A DNA stretch of 64,000 nucleotides from Magallana gigas. Taxonomy: Eukaryota. Each line of letters starts with the position of its first letter. The first letter of the stretch is position 1. Position numbers and translations under genes: made by a program. The notes below the pieces were generated by a model, which searched no databases, was not told where the DNA came from, and saw only the letters and a program-made list of their open reading frames with translations. This document shows, in pieces, positions 52,819-64,000 of the stretch. The stretch lies in the NCBI RefSeq assembly GCF_963853765.1, contig NC_088855.1, positions 51,770,001 to 51,834,000 of the forward strand, given 5' to 3'.

Positions 52819-54849
52819 AGGGATGGGAATAGGTATTGATCAGTCATTAGTTGACAATATTTTAAGTTAAAAAAAGCATACTCATCAAATAGCTTTATAA
52901 TATGAGATATAATGTATTTGTATGTGTAATAACAGCAGCTTTAATTTTTTTTATTTTAGGTGAAAGGTAAACAAACTCTTGGAGAAAACATTGCTGACAA
53001 TGGAGGACTGAAGGCTGCCTATCATGTGAATATTTTATTCTTTCATCAAATTTTGATAAAAGTTGTCTAATTTAGATGGAAGGTTTTGGTCCTTCAAAGA
53101 AAATGATATAAACAAAATTTTTGTACGATCTGCATCTTAATGGTAATAATAAGCTGTAATGTTGCTGGATTGTATACCTATTCATATCTAAATGTACGTT
53201 GAACATGGATTATAATTACTGATATTCTTCTTACTAGGCTTACAATTACTGGTTATCACAAAATGGTAAAGAGAAACCACTGCCTGGGCTGAATTTAACG
53301 CACAAACAGCTGTTCTTTCTAGGATTTGCACAGGTCAGTTTACTGCAGAATGTCTTTTTTATATACTTATGAAATCGCAAATCATAGTTCACATAGTTAC
53401 ATGTCTCTAAAAGACAGTTATGTATTCTTCATGACAGCTATTTTGTTGCTTAGGTATGGTGCTCTACAAGTACAAAGGAAGCAGACCACCTACAGATCCT
53501 CACAGACCCCCACAGTCCTGCTATATACAGGTAATATCTCAGTGTTACAGGTGCTAGCTATAGTCACAGGTAATATCTCAGTGTTCCTGGTGCTAGCTAA
53601 AGTCACAGGTAATATCTCAGTGTTACTGGTGCTAGATATAGTCACAGGTAATATCTCAGTGTTACAGGTGCTAGCTATAGTCACAGGTAATATCTCAGTG
53701 TTACAGGTGCTAGCTATAGTCACAGGTAATATCTCAGTGTTACAGGTGCTAGCTATAGTCACAGGTAATATCTCAGTGTTACTGGTGCTAGCTATAGTCA
53801 CAGGTAATATCTCAGTGTTCCTGGTGCTAGGTATAGTCACAGGTAATATCTCAGTGTTACTGGTGCTAGCTATAGTCACAGGTAATATCTCAGTGTTACA
53901 GGTGCTAGCTATAGTCACAGGTAATATCTCAGTGTTACTGGTGCTAGCTATAGTCACAGGTAATATCACAGTGTTCCTGGTGCTAGCTAAAGTCACAGGT
54001 AATATCTCAGTGTTACAGGTGCTAGCTATAGTCACTGGTGAATAAGTGTTGATAGTACTATAGCTATAGCTACAGATGAATATCTCTGGATTAATGTTGC
54101 TTGCTAAAGCTACAGGTAAAAATATCAGTGTTAATGGGGCTAGCTATTGATATAGGTAAATGTCTTGAATGTAAATAATTCTAGCTATAGGAAAATATCT
54201 CTGTTAATAATGCTAGCTTTAGTCACAGGTTAATATCTCTGTTTTGATGATGCAAGCTATAGCTACAGGTAAATATATCTGAATTAATAATGTTTGCTAT
54301 AACTATAGATAAATATTTTTGAGTTAATGATGCTACCTACAGCTCTACAGAAAAATATATCTTAGTTAATTGTGCAAGGCTTAGCTATATTTGCAGCTAA
54401 TATATCTCTGTGTTAATGATGCTAGCTATAGTTAGAGGTAAATATTTGTATTAATGATGCTAGCTATCTCTATAGGTAATTCCTCTTAGTTAACTGTGCT
54501 AGCTATAGCTACACCTGTAGAATGTTTTTCACAACTTCTACAAGTATTGGTGTTAGAAATGCCTATATTTCTCTATCTCTTGATTATATCTTTTGGATTT
54601 TTTATGCAATTTGCTTTAAATAACTTACAGCAAGTTTTCAAAATGATATCTTCAAATTAAAGTCTCGGTTGGATGAATGCGTCCAGGTTAATTATTTTAC
54701 TAACGTACATGGATAGCGACTGATGTTGGCATGTTTTGTTTTTATTTAGAGTTATAGGAACTCTGTCTAATTCCAAAGAGTTTGCAGAGCAGTACAAATG
54801 CCCAGTTAATTCTACAATGAATCCCCAGAAAAAGTGTGAAGTCTGGTGA
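41804..54849 (+). CDS. ECE1-like: Endothelin-converting enzyme/neprilysin-like M13 zinc metallopeptidase (19 coding exons, 805 aa from Met at 41804)
   Basis: Exons 41804-42062, 42232-42555, 43574-43845, 44495-44557, 44877-44993, 45287-45373, 45527-45675, 46238-46341, 46652-46770, 47066-47164, 47417-47494, 47884-47987, 48459-48569, 48750-48817, 49488-49612, 52960-53025, 53238-53333, 53454-53530, 54750-54849; sum 2418 nt. Type II TM anchor, [24 protein letters not shown] (48787-48801), [18 protein letters not shown], terminal CEVW. The first exon begins at an acceptor, so upstream exon(s) exist. Confidence 0.93.
44626..44820. mobile_element. MITE in the peptidase intron 4
   Basis: AAAGTGGTTATTTA ... 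TAAATAACCACTTT: perfect 14-bp TIR extending imperfectly to ~24 bp. Confidence 0.7.
45163..45244. repeat. (GA)n microsatellite
   Basis: Direct reading. Confidence 0.97.
48230..48333. repeat. 104-bp hairpin element with perfect 35-bp arms
   Basis: TTAAAATCAGATCCTTTGATCCGCTCACGAAGATC and its exact reverse complement. The spacer contains a duplicated GAAGATCTCTACACTAG. Confidence 0.85.
49159..49326. mobile_element. hAT-like MITE with a perfect 15-bp TIR
   Basis: CAGGGTTGTCTCTAA ... TTAGAGACAACCCTG, with CACTA directly on both sides. Confidence 0.75.
49568..50665 (+). repeat. 79-87-bp tandem array made of the last 45 nt of peptidase exon 15 plus its splice donor (exon copy + 12 full + 1 partial)
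   Basis: Unit starts (TGT) at 49568, 49655, 49739, 49823, 49902, 49981, 50065, 50144, 50228, 50307, 50386, 50465, 50549, and 50634 (partial, starts TGA). Confidence 0.95.
50666..50745 (-). mobile_element. Helentron 3'-region fragment abutting the array
   Basis: Reverse complement of about 19636-19708 (CCTTAATTTTCACAACTTTGAATCCCCTTTGCCTAAG...GAAATTGGCCC). Confidence 0.8.
52285..52817 (-). mobile_element. 5' part of a HINE/Helentron on the minus strand in peptidase intron 15
   Basis: TTGCTCAGGTGAGCGATGTGGCCCATGGGCCTCTTGTTT is the reverse complement of the family 5' end. Degenerate satellite units lie at 52290-52600. Confidence 0.8.
53527..54515 (+). repeat. 39-bp minisatellite starting at the exon-18 donor: 13 homogeneous units (to ~54034) plus about a dozen decayed units
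   Basis: Unit ACAGGTAATATCTCAGTGTTACAGGTGCTAGCTATAGTC. The degenerate GCTAGCTATAGCTACAGGTAAATAT pattern continues to ~54515. Confidence 0.92.
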
Positions 54850-57800
54850 TCAACCCATTTAGCATCTGAAAAACAGATTGCCCTGTACCAAATAGAGCCC
54901 AAGAAGCTTAAAACACACACAGCTTGTCTACATTATTTCCTGTGGTTATGTGATTGGGGTGCACATGTACCAAGGAAAAGTTTTATTGCTTTATATTTTA
55001 TTTTGTATTTTTTGACTGATTGGTGCTTTAGAAATAAAAGCCAAGTGTGTATGAATGAAATGATATATCTTTTTTGTTATCCTAACATAATGAAAAAGTA
55101 TTATTCTTAATGTTTTTAATTACCCTATAATGTAAACCAAAGATCGGTCCAAAATGCATAAATATAAATGGCCGTACATTTATTTTTATTATAGCACATA
55201 CTTCAGCAATGCATTGACTTTTATCACATGGCTCTTAGCCTGCATATATTTTGGTTAATGCATTGAGTATATCAGAAATACTTGTACTTCAATGTATGTA
55301 ATGTCTAGTAAACATTGTGCTTAAGGTCATTATAAGATATCATTTACATGTTCATGTATCAGAATTTTTTTTTTTATTTTAGAATTTTCATATAATTGTT
55401 TTTGTTGGCATTAATAACATTGTTAATGGCATATCTTTCCTAAGATCATGTACTGAATCTACCTATCAATTATAAAGTTTTACCGTCTGTGTTTTCTAGC
55501 AGGGTCGTTTATTTGTGAACAAATGATGAGACTGTGTCATAATAAAATGGGTCTTTTTACCATTTATGTTATATAAGTTAAAGACATTTAAGTCTAATAA
55601 TATCTAAGATTTTGTAAAATCAAAACCTTTGTAAATCTCATTTTAGACATTCTTTTACAAACAATTATATTTGTTAGAATTGTCTTATTTTCTACAATTT
55701 GTTGACAAAGTTTTTATTCATAATGAATCAGTAGTTTATTATTGTTTAATCTAGTCAGTAATTGAATATCATTTATATATATTATATGTACATATGATTA
55801 TCATTTATACCATTACATGTATATGAATCTCACATGAATGTTTATGTTAATACACACAATTGTAAACAACTCATAAATTGTAATGTAAATTAGTATACAT
55901 ACTGGTATTTTGAAATATAAAATTTTTTGTGTCTTTTGCAATACTTACAACAGTTAATATAGGTATAAATATATTTTTTGTTCTGAAATCCAGAAAAAAA
56001 CTTCCATCCTCATCTTTTCCATACATTTAATTAAACTAATACATCTATTGCACTGTCACATTTTTGGTAATAACATAAATATATGGGTTTGCATTTATCA
56101 TTGTTATTTTAACAATGTCAATCTGACAGTGCAATCAATGCTATTTTGTGTTGGGTTAACCATTACATGATAGCTGATAGTCCCAGTGTTTTACATTTTC
56201 CTGACATGTTGTTGAATCTCTGTTCTAAGTCTACCTTTAGTCAAATATACACCAATTTACAATTTTCTCATATTTTCATAGTCAGAGATGAACACATCTG
56301 TCGGTATATCAAACAAGTACTGTACTACCACTGTTCAGCTTTCAGTTTTCACAGTCATTTAAATTTGTCCTCATGCAAGTTTGTATATTTTATTTATTTT
56401 TTTTGAAACTTTTTTATAAAGCAATAAAATTTCTCAAAGATTCTGATACAGTTTATTCTTGCCATTTTGTATTTGTGTGAATGTCAGTTAAATATGAACA
56501 GCACAATGCAATAAAATAATCTCTTTATGAACAAAATTTACATCGTCTGTACAAAATCCTCAAGTTTCTTTAGCCAAGGCTTGTGATCCAGTCCGTTCCC
56601 AAAAACCTTTGGTTAAGGAAAAGTCATCATCATTGAATTGTCTCTTATGTTAATGTTTCATTTCCTTGTTGGAGTTCTTGTCGGTTTTTGTCTTATGTAT
56701 ACCGTAGTAAGAACTGATCACAAAGGCATTGTATAGTAATTTTTTGTCTGTAAAGTAATTGCTGAAGGCATTGTATAGTAATTACTGTTAGGCATTGTAC
56801 AAGTATACTGAATATGCTTAGTAACACTTCCGAGGTCGTTCAATGTATGTACATAAATGTTGTTGTTCATTGCGTGAAATTGTTGATCTTGCTTTGTTGT
56901 TGAATCTTTGCAAATCTTGTTCACGTTAAAGCATTTCCACAAAGAAGGCATTGCTATTTTGAAATGTTTTAAACAATCCATTTATCATTTTTGTGTTGAA
57001 ATCCAGTTGTTTTGTTTGTTTGTGATTAAAGTTCAAATAAACTGATATTATTTCATAATTTGTTTTTTTTTTTGTTGTATAAATAGTTTCTGAAATAATT
57101 ATTTCTCTACCAATGTCACATTTAGGTAGTAAAATAATAACATAAGAAGTGTTACCTGTTTTATCATGAAAAGTGAAGGTATAGTGGCGTTGATGTTATC
57201 AAACTTAATTTCCAAATGTTCCTAAATAATTTCCTGCCGCTTATGTCCCTATAGTAAGTAAATCATTTATTGAACTGACATGTGTTGTAATGATTTTAAT
57301 ATAACATATTATTGTCACAGCCGGCCCATCGGACCTATATGTCATTGTTTAAATATGTAATACATATATATAAAAGTCAGCGTTAAAGTTTGGCTTGTTT
57401 TATCCTGAAAACATTGAATATAAATTGGACGCATTGTCGGGGAAAGTTGCAGAGCAGTGTTTTGAATTAATCGTTGTCATTGTAAACGGAGCCTATAGTG
57501 GTATCTGAAAGAGAGCTGCGTAATATTGTACTATTAAAAAGATTCATCGACAGTAGGCTCATGGTTTTCATCGCTCACATTAGTACACGTAGATCAGATT
57601 CAATGTGAAAATCTTTGCACCGCTCCTGGGGCCACAGTATTAGTTGAGTTAGGGTTTGGATTATTTTGAATCTGTATTGTTATAAAGCTTTCTTCATAAT
57701 TATAATTCTGATACTGCTGCTCTTGAGAACTACTTTTTGAACACATCAGATTTTCATCATTTTACATTATGCTATTTTTTCAATTAAAGTCCGCCGAGAA

Positions 57801-58042
57801 TGGCACTGTAATGTTTTTATTAAAAATCTACAGAGGTAAAATAATATAAAACGTCTTTCAAAATGCTATCAACAAAACCCGACCGAACTTCATCACTTTT
57901 ACCTTTAAACTGCATTGTTTTAAAGAAGCAAATTTTGGAGGGAAAAAATGAAAATTAATTTTTTATTTTATTGTTTATTCACTAAATTCCAATTCCTTCT
58001 AATTATCATGATTGATACATCTAAGTCTATGTAAGCCAGAAC

Positions 58043-58650
58043 TCAGTCAGCATTTCTCTCCCTTGGAGTCATCGTCTGGAGTTGGCTCCCTTTGTCTCCT
58101 ACATCTGATGATCCTTGCCGACTGAAAGATAAAATATTATTTTATATTTCTTTCTTTTTTATTTTCGAGTTAATCAATTGCATGATTAGGTGGTATATTC
58201 TGAGACAAGGTTGTGAGATAGAGAATACATACAAATTGTAAAGAACACTTTTATTTTGAATTACATTGTACGTATACAAATTTGTAAACTTAATTTTTAA
58301 AAGAAGAACCCGTATTTGGAGAAAATGCAATAAAATTATCTACAAAGAGGGAATAATTCCTCCTGGTTAACTCCATTCCCAACAAAAGAGCCTATCATTC
58401 TAAAAAGAAATCATATCCCACAACAAATGTAAATGAAAACAATAAAGATATCCCTTATCAATCCAACCAAATCGTTCATAAAGATTCTTTGGCCGCATAC
58501 AAACACTGTCGCATGAATGATATTTTCAACTTTCATGACTTCTATACTGGTAATTATTATGTGAGCTTTCTATGACGAACGAGATACACAGATAGATCCC
58601 GATATCTGATCTAAGATCCCGGATTTTTAACCCGTCACCAGGTGCAGTAC

Positions 58651-58731
<81 letters not shown>

Positions 58732-61006
58732 GATGTATATAGTACTCACTGACTGGTCAATCTGACTATACTACATGTATTACATAAAATGTATAGTATA
58801 TAATGCAACACACAGTGGACAGGGAATAGATTATTAAATCGACAGGTGCTCGATATCTGTATTACATTTAATAAATGTAAGTATACAATTCTGATATTGT
58901 TTCTCGTTTTCATTACCATGTCAGCTGTATACTAGTAATACATTTTAAAACTGCTGATTCTAGGATGGACTTGAAAGCAGTTCTGTTGGTGGCAGTGTGC
59001 TTATGTGTGATGCCAGTCCAAGTGGGAGGGTGGAAATACATATACTACCAGTACTTCAGCCTGCTGACAAAGTACAAGCATCTGTACGGTGAGCTACAGG
59101 AACTGAAGGATTTATTAGCTTCCCTCACCAAAGGTTAGCACTTGTACATCAATACCAATGAAATCAGTTTCTGAACGATGAAAGAATCTACGGATTATTT
59201 TTTTCATAAATTTGTAAAATGAGATAAAATGGACGCCTTTTAAAAACACACAGGTGCGAAAGGAGAACCGGGACCAGCCGGAATAAATGGGGCCAACGGC
59301 GCGCAGGGAGACAAGGGAGATAAAGGGACCGCCGGGTCCCAGGGGGCCAAGGGGGATCAGGGAATAAAGGGTCACAAAGGAGATGTGGGCCCAAAGGGCG
59401 AGCCCGGGACTCAAGGTACTGTTATCAGCATGGACAGTATGGGCAAGCAACGTGCCCAGAGGGCAAAGGGAGACCTGGGCTTGATTGGTAAAAAGGAACA
59501 TCAGGGTCCCAGTGGAACTAAAGGTGAACAATAAGAGGGATTTGTTGATTCACACGACCTCCCATTACCAAAGACCCACTTGATGAGAACCAGTAAAATG
59601 ACCTAGGCTAATGATGCCTCTTTGTTCGTCATACAAACACGGCATGTTTGTTGTATTTGCTGTGTTATTACACTTCAACAAACAGCTTTTACATAGTCAG
59701 ACTTTTGCAGACTCTGGAAGTTTATTATATTATTATTTATTATAATGGTTTGATACTTTTGTTGTTATTTAATCTTTGTTATATCTAATGTAAAATTAAA
59801 TGCATTGCAAATGCAAGATTCCAATTTAAACTTTCTTGTTTGTTTATTTGTTTGTTTTTTGATGTTCCATGAGGTGATCTGTTTATGCTTACTCTTCTTT
59901 CCACGTGTCCATAATGTATTTGTCAACGGCCGCTCTGACCGTGTCCGTGATAAACTTCTCCACAAAATCTAAAATTAAAAAAAATCCACAGCTTGATTGG
60001 AAAATAAGCTAAGAGTCTTTAACAATGACCGTTTGACAAAAATAAATGGTGAGATCACCTGTAGTTTTATATTGAGCTTCTTTTCATTTTAATTCATAAA
60101 CATTTACATACGTATCTTGTAAGGTGCCAAACATTGAATTTGTTTTTGTAATAATTAACTCAACGACGTATAATCCTTGGTGCAACCTTTATTCAAGATC
60201 GAGGGCAATATATAGCCAGTATTATAAAAATTAAATATTGAGATGGACAATGTGATGTGGTTGTATAATTTCTATATGAACAATTTAGAATTTGAAAAGA
60301 AAAATCACATATTCTATCCATTAGAAAAAGTTTATAGCTTGGTGGTTCATTCTGACCGTTTGTAAATACACCCCCCCCCCCCCCCGCCCAATGAAAAAAC
60401 AAAGAGTCTGACTGTTTAAGGCGGTTCCCTCGTCCTCTTCTGATGACGTAGACAGGAAGCTGACGTAGGACCTCTGTAAAAAGGTTCCACTGTGTTCTAG
60501 GAACACTGGCTCTACTTTATGTACTCGCTTCAGGAACGTCTGAAAGTGGTCGAGATCTTACCCTAGTACGGACTTTTGGATTGTCTAATAATCGGACATT
60601 TTATTTTTAAAAAGATTCCTATCGTTAATATCTGCATCTATGTACCAGTGGGGTTGCTTAATTTTTTTTTAAGAAATCAAGAAATCGCTAAACAATAAAC
60701 TTTAGCGAATTAATTTAAGTTTAACATTTAGAATAACGAATATGAATAATATTTTCTAACATCTATAACAATTTCAATTAAAGACTCGTGGGGATTAAGC
60801 AAGCAGATTTAACATCTAACTATATATAATTAAATTGTTTCAGTGGTAGAATTGTCAACACTATAAATAGTAAGTTTGGTTGTTGATACAGTAATCAACA
60901 GGAATCGGTCTATGTGTACATGACTTACCACACGGTTGCTGTCTCTCGTGTTGTCAGTTTTCTTGACCGCTAATCCCGGATAGCACCCTATGTTGCTTGT
61001 GAAGCA
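58043..61006 (-). CDS. Candidate spliced gene (3' exons) ending in an AKAP7-like RII-binding helix; 5' part lost in or beyond the gap
   Basis: Exons (gap)61006-60929, 60539-60413, 59968-59893, 58121-58043, with phases 0,1,2 consistent. The last two acceptors and the donors at 60928 and 59892 are strong; the 60413 donor GTCAGA is weak. Peptide: ...SSEEDEGTALNNFVEKFITDTVRAAVDKYIMDTWKEDRQGSSDVGDKGS...AD*. Confidence 0.5.
58654..58728. repeat. (AT)n microsatellite
   Basis: Direct reading. Confidence 0.97.
58965..59534 (+). CDS. Small secreted collagen-like protein 1 (149 aa)
   Basis: Coding exons 58965-59133 and 59254-59534 (phase-1 intron). Signal peptide MDLKAVLLVAVCLCVMPVQVGG, helix WKYIYYQYFSLLTKYKHLYGELQELKDLLASLTK, 19 consecutive Gly-X-Y triplets, an interruption, then a short Gly-X-Y tail and stop. 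Confidence 0.85.
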
Positions 61007-61229
61007 NNNNNNNNNNNNNNNNNNNNNNNNNNNNNNNNNNNNNNNNNNNNNNNNNNNNNNNNNNNNNNNNNNNNNNNNNNNNNNNNNNNNNNNNNNNNNN
61101 NNNNNNNNNNNNNNNNNNNNNNNNNNNNNNNNNNNNNNNNNNNNNNNNNNNNNNNNNNNNNNNNNNNNNNNNNNNNNNNNNNNNNNNNNNNNNNNNNNNN
61201 NNNNNNNNNNNNNNNNNNNNNNNNNNNNN
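61007..61229. other. Assembly gap (223 N)
   Basis: Run of N, followed by a GACA microsatellite. Confidence 1.
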
Positions 61230-63046
61230 GACAGACAGACAGAGACAGGCAAATAGATAAGCCTGATTATTTTACCGTTTTCAAGGGCAAACAACTTAAT
61301 TTTCCAAAAAGACGGTTTTCCATCGTGTCATTCTCCCAGACCGCTATCAGGCACCTGGCTACACGTGAAGTTTGGCGTCAAAATCTGTGAAAATCTCCTC
61401 ATATAAACGTTAGCGAATGGACATAAAACGCTTGGTTATAAAATATATACCTTTGTTCGTGCGGACACTGACTGGAAATAAAGAATACATAATATGCATT
61501 TTCTCTCCGCCAAAGAATCTATACACGTTCAGCAGAAATCTCGTCTCAAACCACATCCCGATCCCCATACCCAATTGCAAGCTACCTCTTCTCTACAAAA
61601 TGTTTGTGGTTTGCGATGATCCAGCAAACTTATTCATTCTATCAATAACAGACATTGTCAATCAGAATGGATATTGTGATCACATTGCAGTGTTATCATG
61701 CTCGAACAACTAAATCCCTTACATTGTCCAATATGTTTTTATTTCTTTCCATTTTAATAAAAGTGACAGTTTAATGGCCAAAGATCTATAAGTGTAGGCA
61801 CTGGTCACCAACCAAGGGATTGAGATACATGTTAAATACTTCAGGGAACATATTGTTAGAAGAATTTCAAAGTGACCATATCGTAATTATACATCTGCTC
61901 ATTATAACGAGATACGTAATAATTTTACGAGATACTGATTAAACTTTACCCGTATATAGTTACGAGTCAGATCTTTTAATTTGTATAAACGATTTTTCTC
62001 GCAAACACAATCTGATCAATTCTAGTGTGTTGGAATTTTAGGCTTACTCGGAGAAAAAAGAAAAAAAAAACAACAAATAAACCAAATTCTACAAATGTTT
62101 TTCTTCTGCTGATTTAAGTGACAGGTCAAGGGCAACAATGTTTAAAGTGTCACTTGGCGAATGAAAAAAGGTACCCAAAATTCTTCAACAAATATTTTCT
62201 TTGCGCAAGTTTCTTCAAAATTATAAAGCACTAATTTTAAAGCTAATTTCAATTACAAAATAACTGCAAATGTTCCTCTCTATTCTCGTACTCTTATCAC
62301 TCATACCTCAGGGGGCAAGAATGTCTCAGAGTTCGTACGATGAGGAGCAAACATGTCAGCCTCACAGCTCAGGACGGTGTGTTCCCACCCAGCCAACATT
62401 TGTAAATAAAAATATATAGGTAAAATATACGGAATAAACCTAGTCAAATTAATGTTGCATCTTATGCATCGCTCTTTGGTACAAGCAGTTGCAGCTTAAC
62501 TATACAAGTTGGGTTTTTTTCTTAAATTATATCAGCGGTTTTTCAACTTTTTTTTTACGGGGGAAGGTATGCATGGGGGTCCAATGTCCATAACCCCCCC
62601 CCCCCCCCCCCCGACCCTTCTTCTATGACACCCGTGCTGTTTATTCACATAAGTCCATGATTAACGCAAATTCTTCGTGATTGAATTTCAATCGAGTTAG
62701 TTTCAATGATTTATGACCACACAGGATGCACATCGTGCAGTACCCCATTGTATTCATCAGTGACCACTCATTCTATTGTTACACCAGGTAATCAGTTACA
62801 TAATGTAACGTAACCCAGTGTCGAATTCATACTCATGCAGACTGCAAGGACGTCAGAGAGTTACGACAACGTCAGTTTATTATTAATCACTTCTTATTGT
62901 ATATACCGGTATCATAAGCATCTTCTCAGCATCTACATTTTAACGCTCTTCTACATAAGGTAAGGAAGAGAAATGCTTGTACTTTGGTAGCTGACTTATA
63001 TCTTATGTGAAACATTTAGAATCTATTAGTATTTCTAACAATCAGG

Positions 63047-63576
63047 ATGAAGTCGTCGCTGTTGTTCATAGTTCTTGTTTGTACCCTGTCCGTGTGTACG
63101 GGAAATCAGCGCAAGTCCGTGAGAAAATCCTCCTGGGGACTCCTTGGAAAGTATCAGAGTCTCATAAACGACATCTATCAAATTAGAGAAGCCATTACAG
63201 ACCTCATCAAAGGTATTTTTTAAGTTTCAAGCTTGTTTTGAATAAGTTGATCTTTACCTTCAAAATGTCTTCATTATTGTCATATTGACTGAGGAAATAC
63301 GAATCTCCACCCTTCCTCTTTTCAGGAGGACTTATCAAGGGTGAGGCAGGGGAGGCTGGCGTGAATGGATCCCAGGGTTCAAAGGGAATAAAGGGGGAAA
63401 TGGGAGCCACCGGCCAGACAGGCTTAATAGGAGGAATGGGAGATAAAGGAGAGAAAGGAGATGTGGGCCCAAAAGGTGAACGTGGGGAGGTTAGTCCAAG
63501 TGGTGCTGAAGACAATCGGCAGGCTAAAGGGGACACGGGATTACAGGGACTACGGGGAGACACTGGAAAAATGTAA
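63047..63576 (+). CDS. Small secreted collagen-like protein 2 (138 aa), paralogue of 58965-59534
   Basis: Coding exons 63047-63212 and 63326-63576 (phase-1 intron). Signal peptide MKSSLLFIVLVCTLSVCTG, helix ending AITDLIK, 17 Gly-X-Y triplets, shared KGDVGPKGE and AKGDxGL motifs. Confidence 0.85.
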
Positions 63577-64000
63577 AGGAAGATCAAGTGGTGTCTAAAA
63601 AGCCACATAGAGATAACGGTCAGAGGCATTACCAGAGACACAGCCTGTAAGGGAGGCATTCATAGAGGCACCACTGATTACTTAACAATGAAGAAGAAAT
63701 GTCTTATCACTGTTGTGATTCTGTTTGTGTTGATGGTTTGTCATCATTTTTGTCAGCTTGCAACCTTATCAGAATATGTCAGACCAACATGGCACATTTT
63801 AAATTTTAAAACAGCAGAAGAATAACTTGCTATTTTGAATTTAGAAAATTACACATTATTTTCCTTCAATCTTTTATGTAGTTAAGTACAAAGTCATACT
63901 AATTAACACAAAGAAGAAACCTTCAATTATTTATGAGCAACTGTGTTCTTAAAAATATATGTGCTATAAGTGCAAGGTTTCTATCCATAATATCACATCT

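Noticed and set aside
53326-54045. 239-aa plus-strand and 181-aa minus-strand repetitive ORFs ([13 protein letters not shown] / [13 protein letters not shown])
   Set aside because: By-products of a stop-free 39-bp intronic minisatellite. The plus ORF is out of frame with the real peptidase exon it overlaps.
57383-57907. Possible TTAA-flanked Kolobok-like element
   Set aside because: The right end ACCTTTAA has no matching left TIR.
60830-61294. 154-aa and 88-aa ORFs spanning X runs
   Set aside because: Artefacts of translating through the assembly gap. Only the 61006-60929 part is used, as a candidate exon.

Overview
AT-rich, intron-containing animal genomic DNA. The repeat families (Helentron/HINE elements carrying ~166-bp satellite-like arrays, a V-domain SINE) point to a bivalve, probably Crassostrea/Magallana oyster; species identity is inference. 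Four multi-exon genes were reconstructed by hand with consistent GT-AG splice phases: a WD40-repeat gene (-, runs off the left edge), SETD6 (+, head-to-head with it), brambleberry (-) and an ECE1/neprilysin-like M13 peptidase (+). At the right end are two paralogous small secreted collagen-like genes (+). The first is nested in an intron of a candidate minus-strand gene ending in an AKAP7-like amphipathic helix. Introns and intergenic DNA hold Helentrons, MITEs, SINEs, a LINE remnant and hairpin elements. The most unusual signals are: (i) two unrelated tandem arrays in the peptidase gene, each seeded on an exon/5'-splice-site junction, one forming 12 AG-45nt-GT in-frame pseudo-cassettes; (ii) the mini-collagen pair lacking any C-terminal globular domain; (iii) a self-nested inverted DNA element with an intact 8-bp TSD. 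One assembly gap lies at 61007-61229.
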